NCBI GenBank assembly: GCA_019245255.1
Contig: JAFARV010000676.1
Coordinates: 1-58,220 of the forward strand
DNA length: 58,220 nt
DNA from: Acidobacteriaceae bacterium
Lineage (GTDB): Bacteria > Acidobacteriota > Terriglobia > Bryobacterales > Bryobacteraceae
Direction of reading: 5' to 3'
Shown here: positions 26,578 to 35,469 of the stretch, piece by piece
Layout: every line of letters starts with the position of its first letter
How positions within the stretch are numbered: the stretch's first letter is position 1
The notes under the pieces: generated by a model
The model's input: the letters and a program-made list of their open reading frames with translations, nothing else
Told to the model about the DNA's origin: nothing
Database searches by the model: none
Translations under genes and position numbers: made by a program

Positions 26578-28245
26578 TTATGCGCTTTTTTCTTCGCTTA
26601 GACCAATTACTTGGCGGTCTAGGGGAGATTCCGATAGAAGATCGCGCTCCGCTTCGCAGGTTGCGATTCCCGATCCGGAGCTGGAACGAATCTCGAGCTC
26701 CAGATTCCCATCGCCGTCCTCCCAGGTGAGGCGGTAATGATGCAGGAGGGCGGAATAGATTTGACAACAGGCTTGAGCGAAGTTAACTTGCTCGTCCACA
26801 GCCTGGAAAAAGCCATTCAGCTTGTGAACGCGATGCCTGAGCGTGTGCCACGGCGGAGACACAGCAATGACGTGAACGGTGGCACGCAAATTCGCTCCAA
26901 GATCAAAGAGCGCTTCCATTACATGTAATTTGGGGCTGGCGCCCACTACGATGAGATGCAGATTGGGCGACAGGAATTCGACATCCGGCAGAGCGCGTTT
27001 GAGGATCTCTGCGCGCGAGGCGCTGCCGGAGGAAGCGCACATCAACTGTTCTTCGGGGGTAACCTGCGTCGCGGTCAACAGGTCTTTTGGTCTTTGCAGG
27101 CGGGAGCAGGATTGGATCGCCACATCGAAGTCAGTGCTTAGAGTAGCGCTCGGTTCCGCCGGCAGACACAACAGGAATTTGGCGGTAATGGGATTGTCGA
27201 AGGTGATTTCTTCAACCGTGCATTGCTTTATGTACGTGCCGCCGGCCTTCAAGAAGAATCTGGTGGGAGGAATATTCCGGACTGTTTCGAGCGATTCGTT
27301 GTGAACGGTAGCGATGAAGGACCGGGGCTGTGGTTCCGATGCCTGGCTCAGAATCGCTACTTGAAGCGGACTCACCTCACGGGCGGACTTAAGTGCCTTC
27401 TTCATCTCACCCAACCCGCGCAGAGCCTGCCTGCGAACCAGGTCGTCCGTATCGCTCAATTGTCTGGCCAGAATTGGGGCAAAGCGAGGATCGCCTGTTC
27501 TACCCATAACCCAGGCGCCGGTGTTGCGAAATTCGGGCCGCGCGTCCTGCGCCATGTCCTGTATTAACGAGATTGAAGCTGTATCGCCGCGGCGATATAG
27601 TCCGAGGACAGCATTTCCGGCAACACGATTGTTTTCGTCCGTGACAGCACTATGCAGCAGCGGGGTCACGAAGGTTTCTTCGACTTCACACAGGCTTTCG
27701 ATCATGTTGGCTCGAACGCGCGCGTCCGCTTCCTGGCCGAGGTCCTTAACCCAGTGCAGATGGGGCCTTCTACGGGCGATGAAGAGCGCGGCTTTGGACC
27801 GAAGCTTGGGATCGGGATGCCGAATAAACTTTGAGACGCTGAGGACCAGCCGGTCGCCTTCTGAGATGGCGTCAAGAATATCGAGGGCAATCAAAACTGG
27901 TTCGTGAAAGCGGTTGCTAAGCTCTTCATCCCTTAGACATTCGAGCAACATGGCATCGAAGCGCGGGTTCAGGTCTAAGAACTTTCTGGCGAGTGTAAGA
28001 GCTTCCTGTTTGGATTGCAGATAACTGTCGAGCAGGATCCCGATGAGATCGTGAATTTCTACGAGGCTTGCGACATATTTCAACGACTTCGACGGCGCAC
28101 GCGTCAGCAGTGCACTGCGAACTTCAATGAGGAACTGTTGAGCACCGAGAGATGTCTTCAGGGCCGCGAGTTCTCTACGGGCACGCACATCGTCGTTGTC
28201 ATAGCGATCGAGCAGGGAGTCGATGTTGTGCTCTTGGTGTGCCAT
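26578..28245 (-). CDS. HEAT-repeat protein with a C-terminal alpha/beta domain
   Basis: 555 aa. Repeated helical units (DPKLRSKAALFIARR, DARVRANMIESL, NRVAGNAVLGLYRRGD, RNTGAWVMGRTGDPRFAPILARQLSD, LVRRQALRGLGEM). C-terminal strand-helix alternation (HLIVVGASPKLHVMEALFD). Confidence 0.75.
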   Translation of the reverse strand: MAHQEHNIDSLLDRYDNDDVRARRELAALKTSLGAQQFLIEVRSALLTRAPSKSLKYVASLVEIHDLIGILLDSYLQSKQEALTLARKFLDLNPRFDAMLLECLRDEELSNRFHEPVLIALDILDAISEGDRLVLSVSKFIRHPDPKLRSKAALFIARRRPHLHWVKDLGQEADARVRANMIESLCEVEETFVTPLLHSAVTDENNRVAGNAVLGLYRRGDTASISLIQDMAQDARPEFRNTGAWVMGRTGDPRFAPILARQLSDTDDLVRRQALRGLGEMKKALKSAREVSPLQVAILSQASEPQPRSFIATVHNESLETVRNIPPTRFFLKAGGTYIKQCTVEEITFDNPITAKFLLCLPAEPSATLSTDFDVAIQSCSRLQRPKDLLTATQVTPEEQLMCASSGSASRAEILKRALPDVEFLSPNLHLIVVGASPKLHVMEALFDLGANLRATVHVIAVSPPWHTLRHRVHKLNGFFQAVDEQVNFAQACCQIYSALLHHYRLTWEDGDGNLELEIRSSSGSGIATCEAERDLLSESPLDRQVIGLSEEKSA

Positions 28246-28289
28246 CAGAAGTTTCTTAACTTCGCCTTACGCCCGATACTGGATGGGGC

Positions 28290-28326
28290 TCCGCTGTTCT
28301 TATCGGCTGGAGGAGAGACTTTGTGG
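28290..28326 (-). promoter_or_regulatory. sigma-28-type promoter of the HEAT-repeat gene
   Basis: Minus strand reads ACAAAGtctctcctccaGCCGATAAgaacagcgga. The -10 lies about 50 nt upstream of the ATG at 28245. Confidence 0.65.
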
Positions 28327-28402
28327 AGGGATTGTGAGGGAGGGCTTGCGAGCGGTTGCGCGGTGGGATTGAAGGTTACTCGGGCTTTGGCCCTGAGAAG
28401 TT

Positions 28403-28840
28403 TTATGTAAGGTCCGTTTTCTGTGTTCTGGATGGGAGTGGGGTTGCCTTTCTGGACTTGAGAAAGGCGACTACAATGCTCAAGACTGTCCCACCCGTGA
28501 TAACTGCTCCCGTCACAATCCGGGCAGTACTTGCTGTCGTGTATGCCAACCACAGACCACCGCCAATTGCTGTAATCGCAACCGCAAATGCAAAAATTTG
28601 CGCCCATCCTTGCAGACGCTGTTCCCGCTTCTGCAAGTCGTAATCGTAGTTCTGGCGGTTGGCTTCCAACTGCCTTTTGTGTTGCAGTTGGGCTACGACC
28701 TCTTGAATCATGATCGCGGCCGTTCCAGGCGCGATCTCATCGTAGTGCCGCAGCAGTTCGGCTTTTGGCAGCAGGTCAGGAATTGTGCCCGGTTGTGAGG
28801 ATGCCGGTGTTTGGACTTCTTTATTGCTGGGAGTGGCCAT
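28403..28840 (-). CDS. DUF2335-family membrane protein
   Basis: 145 aa. LLRHYDEIAPGTAAIMIQEVVAQLQHKRQLE followed by two TM helices, the typical DUF2335 layout. Confidence 0.7.
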   Translation of the reverse strand: MATPSNKEVQTPASSQPGTIPDLLPKAELLRHYDEIAPGTAAIMIQEVVAQLQHKRQLEANRQNYDYDLQKREQRLQGWAQIFAFAVAITAIGGGLWLAYTTASTARIVTGAVITGGTVLSIVVAFLKSRKATPLPSRTQKTDLT

Positions 28841-29147
28841 GAGTGCGGGTCACATCTACAATGGCCCGGCCAACAGTTTCCCAAGCTGCTCTGATGTCTT
28901 CTTCGACTGTGCTTGTAGGCATGTATACTTCGCGCCGTCTACGCGGTGGGAAGATGTTGATCAAATTGCCGAAGGCTGAAACGAACGCTTTTAGCACAGG
29001 CGATTTCTGCAAAGATGGCTGTGCTGATCCGGGGTTCTTTATCTCTGGGTCTCCCGCACTCCAGGGTTTTTGCAGCGCTTCGAGCTCCTCTTTGGAGAGC
29101 CTGTAATCTACTCTGGCTTGAACTGCACCGGTTCCGGAATCAGACAT
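28821..29147 (-). CDS. hypothetical protein (operonic with DUF2335)
   Basis: Trimmed to the ATG at 29147 (MSDSGTGAVQARVDY). 20-nt overlap with the downstream gene. Confidence 0.4.
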   Translation of the reverse strand: MSDSGTGAVQARVDYRLSKEELEALQKPWSAGDPEIKNPGSAQPSLQKSPVLKAFVSAFGNLINIFPPRRRREVYMPTSTVEEDIRAAWETVGRAIVDVTRTHGHSQQ

Positions 29148-29511
29148 GGGAGTAGCGTTCACGTGGTCCTCCCGTAGTAAGACGCACGCAGAGTTCCATG
29201 CTAGTACGAAAAAACGTATTGGGCAATGACACATGGCAAATGGTATTCCGGATTTGAATACAATAAAGCTCCTGTCACGCGCAACTCATTGAAGCTATGG
29301 GTTTTACAGCAAACGGTCAGTTTTGTGAATGGCTCACGGCGGGGCGCCGCAACGGGGGGATGAAAAAGGTTCAGAGAAGAGAGTTAGGATGCGGTCCAGC
29401 CGGGAGTGGAACAGAGGCCGGAGTCGGTCTGGAGCGTTAAGCCCATTCGGCCGGCCGGGCCTCGGAGTCGATGACGACAACCGGTATTTTCGTTCACAAT
29501 TAGAAGCGCGA

Positions 29512-30156
29512 ATGTATCAGAAGGTGAGTTACGGCGCCGATGCGAAGGCGTACATTCGGCTGAAATTATCGATGCAGGGCACGCTCTGGCGTATGGCCGC
29601 GCAACTGCCGATTGATGACGGTAATGTTGCCGGTTTTCTCCCTGCGATTCAGGATGCGAATGATCTCAAGTTTTTTGAATGGCATCTCCACAGCCGGAAG
29701 GTGATCGAGAAAGGATTGGACAAGGAATATGTCTGTGCGGAACGTAACTACATTGCTGCAATTTTAGACGAACAGAAGCAGGGCTTAGGCATTTTTAACG
29801 GTGGTATCGTTTACCCTGGCGGCAACATAAGGGCGGTAAATCTTGAGGACGTGCGGACGGTGTATTTCGTCAGGGAGCACTCGGCCGAGGAGGTGACGAC
29901 GGAGGTCTATTATGTCGTGCAGCACGGCATCACACGAGAGCGGCTGGATTATTTTCTTGACAATGTCGTCGAGAGACTGCCGCGTATTGGTTTGATAACA
30001 ACGATCGGACCGGATGACCATTTCAGAGCAGATCAACGCTTGAGCCAAGACATGTTGGCAAATCTGGTATCTGGCGCCAGATGTATCGTAGCTGGGGTAT
30101 ACGGAGGCGACGCGAATTTACTTTGGACGGCGCCGTCGGTTCTGCAACCACGCTAA
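29512..30156 (+). CDS. hypothetical protein
   Basis: Protein-like from MYQKVSYGADAKAYIRLK onward. The upstream 60 codons of the track ORF are Arg/Gly-rich and probably non-coding. No recognisable motif. Confidence 0.4.
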   Translation: MYQKVSYGADAKAYIRLKLSMQGTLWRMAAQLPIDDGNVAGFLPAIQDANDLKFFEWHLHSRKVIEKGLDKEYVCAERNYIAAILDEQKQGLGIFNGGIVYPGGNIRAVNLEDVRTVYFVREHSAEEVTTEVYYVVQHGITRERLDYFLDNVVERLPRIGLITTIGPDDHFRADQRLSQDMLANLVSGARCIVAGVYGGDANLLWTAPSVLQPR

Positions 30157-30221
30157 TCCCAAGACCTGCTCATTCCGGATCTTCACCGCCGCACGAGGAG
30201 GTTCGCATCGACAACGAGCGC

Positions 30222-30500
30222 TTAGCGAGCATGCCGCTTCTTGTCACGTGCGCCGCGGCGAATCTCCTTGTACTCTGCCATCAGCTTGTTTTCCGTCGCG
30301 CCCCATGATGCGATCATTTCATCCAATTCCTGGGCGGCAGCCTGCATCGCGGCCAGTTCCGCTTTCCGGTTCCGCCGTTGCGTAGGGATGTAGAATCCCA
30401 GCGTTTCGCCGCGCCTGGTAATTGCGAGCGGTTTGCCAGACTGAAGATAGTCAACCAGGTTTTCCCGGAATTCCCGGATGCCGACGGTAACGGTTTGCAT
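30222..30500 (-). CDS. Phd/YefM-like antitoxin, orphan
   Basis: MQTVTVGIREFRENLVDYLQSGKPLAITRRGETLGFYIP. No toxin ORF downstream. Confidence 0.6.
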   Translation of the reverse strand: MQTVTVGIREFRENLVDYLQSGKPLAITRRGETLGFYIPTQRRNRKAELAAMQAAAQELDEMIASWGATENKLMAEYKEIRRGARDKKRHAR

Positions 30501-30617
30501 ATGGGTACCTTGTGTACGCATGGTAGCGCCGACGCGTCGGCAGACAAGACTTTGAACATTTCTACTACTTTGGGTTCGACTCGCATTGTGATACGCGGGA
30601 GGCGTAAACTTTATCTC

Positions 30618-31049
30618 GTGAAATCGCTTGTCCGCATTGGCGCTTGGGCTGGAGCCTTTGCATTCTCCACAACCCTCTTCAGCCTGCTCTGCTGCTTCCG
30701 GGGTTCATTTCGCTCATTCACTTTCATTGTTCTCGTCACGACCAAGGTCGCATTTCCAGCCTGGGTCCTATTCATCCCTTTCATAGTCGGATTCAAGCAC
30801 CTCGAGGGGCGACGGCTCTGGATCATCCTCTCGGCTGGAACTTTAATCGGCCCTCTATACCTTCTTGTCGTCGGCGTCATTTCGCAGTTAGGCCGCGGAG
30901 ACGTGCAAACAATCTGGCAAGGTGATGGCATTGGCTTGGGTATATTTGGAGTCCTCCCCATTGCTCTTGGCATCTCGTTTGTTACTACCGCACTGTATTT
31001 GCTTGCGATGAAAACAATCAGTTACAGGCCATCGACGCGCGCGGCTTAA
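30618..31049 (+). CDS. hypothetical 4-TM membrane protein
   Basis: GTG at 30618. Four hydrophobic segments. The start is uncertain. Confidence 0.4.
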   Translation: MKSLVRIGAWAGAFAFSTTLFSLLCCFRGSFRSFTFIVLVTTKVAFPAWVLFIPFIVGFKHLEGRRLWIILSAGTLIGPLYLLVVGVISQLGRGDVQTIWQGDGIGLGIFGVLPIALGISFVTTALYLLAMKTISYRPSTRAA

Positions 31050-31213
31050 ACTCGCCCGGGGAGATCTCGTGGCCAGCAGCTTCGTAGCGAGACACGTGGT
31101 CCGATTTTTGGATGGTACGCGCGTCCGGATCCGCTAATCACTAAGTCTTCGTTTCTCTTCGGAACCCACTTACATTCGTAACTACCTCAGGCGCGGAGTT
31201 TTCGCGGGAGCGT

Positions 31214-32731
31214 ATGAGATATATACGGGCAGCGTGTATCTTAACCAGTGTCCTGACTGCATGCGTGGCGGCGATTCAATCGCAGGACTTGCCACAAGTG
31301 GGCCGCGAGGTTGCCATCGAGCGGCATCTCGAAGACGGCGAAGAGTTCGAACTGCCCATACCCGCGCTGATCCGGTACGGGAAGAAGCTGTTCGAAGCGC
31401 ATTTCACCATTCAGGAAGGAGCGGGGCGGCCGCTCACGAAGGGCACCGGCGCGCCATTATCGGATCCAAGCAGCCCGCTGACGTTTCCACGCAATAACAA
31501 CCGCATTTCCGGGCCGGAGTCGAATTCATGCGCCGGTTGCCATAACCAACCGATCTCCGGTGGAGCAGGCGATTTGTCGGCCAATGTGTTCGTCGCCGGC
31601 CAGCGCTTCGATTTTGCGACGTTCAACGGAAGCGATGTTACTCCTACGCGGGGCGCGGTGGATGAGCGCGGCAATGCCGTCACGCTGCAGTCCATTGCGG
31701 ACAGCCGCGCGACTGTGGACATGTTCGGCGCCGGGTACTACGAAATGCTTGCGCGCCAGATCACGGCGGATTTACAACGCATTCGAGACACGATCCCGCC
31801 GGGCGGTCAGGCGACATTACGTTCAAAGGGGATCTCATTCGGTCTTCTCGCGCGCAACACGGATGGGAGTTGGAACACGGCGCGTGTGGAGGGACTGCCG
31901 CCGCAATCGCTTGCCTCTGCGGATGCGCAACATCCTCCGAGCTTGCTGATTCTGCCGTTTCATCAGGCCGCGAGCACGGTTTCCCTGCGCGTGTTCACGA
32001 ACGACGCCTTCAATCAGCACCACGGCATGCAGTCGACCGAGCGCTTTGGCATCGGGACCGATCCGGACGGCGATGGTGTTGTGAACGAACTGACGCGCGC
32101 CGATATCACGGCAGCGACGCTCTTCCAGGCGACGCTTCCGGTTCCGGAGCGAATTATTCTTGAGAATCCGATTCTTCGCGAAGCGGCAGCGCAGGGCGAA
32201 AAACTGTTCCAGCAGATTGGCTGCGCGACGTGTCACATTCCCGCGCTACCGCTCGACAACAAGGGCTGGATCTATACGGAGCCGGGACCGTACAATCCGC
32301 CGCAGAATCTGCAAGCGGGCCAGGCGCCGACGATTGCCGTGGACTTGAGCAGCGACGATCTGCCGCAGCCGCGGCTGAAGCCGGTGAACGGAGTGGTGAT
32401 GGTGCCGCTCTACACCGATTTCAAGCTGCACGACATATGCAGAAGTGCAAGCGATCCCAACGTTGAAATTCTGAACGCGAATGCAAAGGCCGGCTCGGAG
32501 CTTTTCTTCGCAGGCAACGGGAAGTTTCTGACGCGCCGCTTATGGGCGGCCGGAAGCAAGCCGAACTACTTTCATCACGGGCAATTTACGACGATTCGTG
32601 AAGCGATCCTCAATCATTTTGGGGAGGCGGTCGCGTCGCAGCGGTCGTTCTCTTCACTAAACAGATACCAACAGGGCAGCATCATCGAGTTCTTGAAGAC
32701 GTTGAAAGCAGTTCCAAGAAACCAGCAGTGA
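31214..32731 (+). CDS. di-haem cytochrome c peroxidase-like protein (DUF1111 family)
   Basis: 505 aa. Signal peptide. Two CxxCH haem motifs (CAGCH, CATCH) with DUF1111-like spacing. Confidence 0.8.
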   Translation: MRYIRAACILTSVLTACVAAIQSQDLPQVGREVAIERHLEDGEEFELPIPALIRYGKKLFEAHFTIQEGAGRPLTKGTGAPLSDPSSPLTFPRNNNRISGPESNSCAGCHNQPISGGAGDLSANVFVAGQRFDFATFNGSDVTPTRGAVDERGNAVTLQSIADSRATVDMFGAGYYEMLARQITADLQRIRDTIPPGGQATLRSKGISFGLLARNTDGSWNTARVEGLPPQSLASADAQHPPSLLILPFHQAASTVSLRVFTNDAFNQHHGMQSTERFGIGTDPDGDGVVNELTRADITAATLFQATLPVPERIILENPILREAAAQGEKLFQQIGCATCHIPALPLDNKGWIYTEPGPYNPPQNLQAGQAPTIAVDLSSDDLPQPRLKPVNGVVMVPLYTDFKLHDICRSASDPNVEILNANAKAGSELFFAGNGKFLTRRLWAAGSKPNYFHHGQFTTIREAILNHFGEAVASQRSFSSLNRYQQGSIIEFLKTLKAVPRNQQ

Positions 32732-32742
32732 ACAGGAGACGT

Positions 32743-34131
32743 ATGAGGAATCGAGCATTAGTTGTAGTGACGGCAATAACGAGTGTTGTGATAGGCGCCC
32801 GATCGGATGCGGCGACACCTTCCAACGGCAACGATCGCCAGCTGCCGACGGTGTACACGCCGACGAAGATGAACCTGTACACGTCGTACTGCGGCTTATG
32901 GCGGACGGATGCGTCGTATGAGAGTACGATCCGGCTGAGCAACCAGCTCGCGATATCCGGCATCGACGCAAACGTAACCTTATTTATGGCGGATGGGACC
33001 GCGTACGCGCTGCCGCTTGTACACCTGGACAAATCGGGCGTCTCCACGGTGGATATCAACGCGGCGCTGGCGGCGGCCCCGGACAGCGTGCGGCCGCACC
33101 TATCTTCTTACGGCAGTGCGTCGGTTTCGTATAAATATGATTGGCAGGGCGTGGTGTACGCCTTCATGAGTATTTTGGACATTCCCCGCAGCCTGCAATA
33201 TAGCTATCCATTCATGTTTCCAATGAACGGAAGCATGCAAATGGACGCGAAGAGTAAGGCGATGCCGGCGATGACGACGGAAGAAGGGCTGATATGGCGC
33301 TATAGCAGGCAGTCGGACGCGTTCCTTTCGTTTGCCAATACGTCAAATCGCCCGATCAATACGGATATAACGGTTTTGAACGGCGACGGCGAGGTATCGC
33401 AGGTGCGGCATTTCAGCGTGCCGGCGATGAACACCGTCTTAATCAACCTGGGGCTCGGGAAGGAGGAACCCGGGCTCGGAGCGGAGGACGAGCTTGTGCG
33501 GCGAACTCCGGCAGGAGTGCGGGTGAGCTTTGATGCCGACAGCGACAGCCTGCAAATTGTGGGCGGCATTGAAGACGCGAAATACGGATATTCGGCGAAT
33601 CTGCCCATCGGACCGGGCCCTGATCCGGCGAAGGCCGGTGATGCAACGACGAATTCGTTTGCGAGCGCGGGTGTCATGGTGGGAGCACAGGATCCGATGA
33701 TGGGCTTTCCGGAAAAGCTGCGCTTTGAGCCGTATGCGTACTTCCGGAATGCGGGTACGCGCGCGCTCCAGCTATCCGGGAAAGTGTTTTATGTGCGCGG
33801 CGGCAAGACGCAATCGATGGATCTGCCGGTGCTCGAATTACGGCCCAATCAGGCGCGCAAGTTAGACGTTGCGGACGCCATCCGTTCCTTGGGATTGAAT
33901 GGAGCAGTAACGCTTGCGTTCTCCTATCAGGGGCAATCGGGTGCGTTGCTGGTATCGACGGGATCGGTGGATCAGAGTGGGAATTACGTATTTGCAGTCA
34001 TGCCGCGCGCTACCGGGCAAAGCGCGAGTAAAAGCTCGATCTTCTGGACGACCGCGAACGGCTTCGACACCATGTATTCGGTCTGGAACAGCCAAGACGA
34101 ACCACAGGACGTTCTGTTCACATTTCAGTAG
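32743..34131 (+). CDS. secreted repeat protein, N-terminal part (ends at an in-frame TAG)
   Basis: ATG at 32743 behind AGGAG. Signal peptide. Three and a half copies of a roughly 110-aa module (xNxxxxxxxVxLxxxDG...). The same frame continues after the TAG at 34129. Confidence 0.7.
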   Translation: MRNRALVVVTAITSVVIGARSDAATPSNGNDRQLPTVYTPTKMNLYTSYCGLWRTDASYESTIRLSNQLAISGIDANVTLFMADGTAYALPLVHLDKSGVSTVDINAALAAAPDSVRPHLSSYGSASVSYKYDWQGVVYAFMSILDIPRSLQYSYPFMFPMNGSMQMDAKSKAMPAMTTEEGLIWRYSRQSDAFLSFANTSNRPINTDITVLNGDGEVSQVRHFSVPAMNTVLINLGLGKEEPGLGAEDELVRRTPAGVRVSFDADSDSLQIVGGIEDAKYGYSANLPIGPGPDPAKAGDATTNSFASAGVMVGAQDPMMGFPEKLRFEPYAYFRNAGTRALQLSGKVFYVRGGKTQSMDLPVLELRPNQARKLDVADAIRSLGLNGAVTLAFSYQGQSGALLVSTGSVDQSGNYVFAVMPRATGQSASKSSIFWTTANGFDTMYSVWNSQDEPQDVLFTFQ

Positions 34132-34185
34132 GGAGACGGCCAATCATACACGTACCCGCTGCACCTGGAGGCGCATGCGTCGGCG

Positions 34186-35469
34186 ATGGTGGATGTAAAA
34201 CAGATTCAGAATATGGCTGTTCCCGATGCGAAAGGGACGGTACTGCCTTTAACGGCGACGCGCGGTAGTCTGGTGATTACGGCCGGCAGCGGAAAGAGAG
34301 CCGATGCGATGCACATCGTGGTGAACAGCGGAATTTACAATCCGCAGACCGCCACATGCGGCTACGGCTGTGAGACCTGCAACGGTTGCACAGGCTTCGG
34401 CATTACGCCCGATCCGTTTAATCTCTTCTTTGGGGCGTTCGGGCAACTTAACTCGAACTGCACCTGGTCGAACGGCAGCTATGAGTATTACACGGGATCT
34501 TCGAACTGGACGTCTAACAATACGGGCGTGGTGACGGTGAATTCTCAAGGATCTTCCTCGCCCGGAATGGCGCACGCGCAGGCGGCTGGCAGCACGTATG
34601 CGAATGCATATTTTTCTGCCCCAGTGAATATGGGGCAGATTTGCGCGGAGATGCCGCTGCCGGAGTGTGGGTATACGCAGGCGGAGCCGAGTACGCCGGC
34701 GACCGTCTACAGCGTTACAATCAATTCGGCAGATATCACACAAAATTCGATCTCCGTCACACTCAGTCCAAGTGGCGCTTCGGGTGCCCTGTATGTGGAG
34801 CTGGATAATACGGGAGGTGGTACTTATGACTCGGTCGATGGCACTAACGTATCGGGCGGTACGTCATCGCAGCCTTTCAACCCGCCGGACATCCCGAAGG
34901 GAGAATACACGCAAATAACGGCGGTCTGGGTTCCCAGCGACAGCAGCAATTCCTATGCAGCGCAATATTCCTATCACTTCAAGGCTCTCGGCACATACCT
35001 AAATACCTTCTACAATACACCTGATGAAGCGGGCTGCACGGCTCGTCCGGAGTCGTTTCTGTACGATAGCGGCAACTGCTCAAGTGTAAGTACGTGCAAG
35101 GGTAGCAACGGCTCCGGTAGATCCGACTTCCTGAACCAGTTAGATATCAATGGGAGCGGCATTTCCCAATCCCTGGGTCTCCTATCGCTGGAGTATTACT
35201 GTAGAGCGAACAACTATCGGCAAGTGCCAGCGCCATGTCCCTATTGCGGGGGAACGCTAACATCGGGTGTTTCGTTAGCTATTAGCGCAAGCAACCAGGA
35301 TGGTCTTCAGTGCGGAAACAACGTCTACGTGTATGGCATTGGAACCGGAACGGTTGCGGATCATGGCGGTGGCCTCTCTGGTAATCAAATCGACCATTAC
35401 GAGCAGACGAACGCATGTACTGCCAACATCGGGACGCCAACAAATGAGCCAGCATTCCTGTTGTACTAA
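34186..35469 (+). CDS. C-terminal part of the same protein: Cys-rich region, Big-like region and a 3D (MltA/RlpA-like) domain
   Basis: Same frame as 32743..34131. C-terminus GVSLAISASNQDGLQCGNNVYVYGIGTGTVADHGGGLSGNQIDHY matches the 3D-domain pattern. Confidence 0.7.
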   Translation: MVDVKQIQNMAVPDAKGTVLPLTATRGSLVITAGSGKRADAMHIVVNSGIYNPQTATCGYGCETCNGCTGFGITPDPFNLFFGAFGQLNSNCTWSNGSYEYYTGSSNWTSNNTGVVTVNSQGSSSPGMAHAQAAGSTYANAYFSAPVNMGQICAEMPLPECGYTQAEPSTPATVYSVTINSADITQNSISVTLSPSGASGALYVELDNTGGGTYDSVDGTNVSGGTSSQPFNPPDIPKGEYTQITAVWVPSDSSNSYAAQYSYHFKALGTYLNTFYNTPDEAGCTARPESFLYDSGNCSSVSTCKGSNGSGRSDFLNQLDINGSGISQSLGLLSLEYYCRANNYRQVPAPCPYCGGTLTSGVSLAISASNQDGLQCGNNVYVYGIGTGTVADHGGGLSGNQIDHYEQTNACTANIGTPTNEPAFLLY

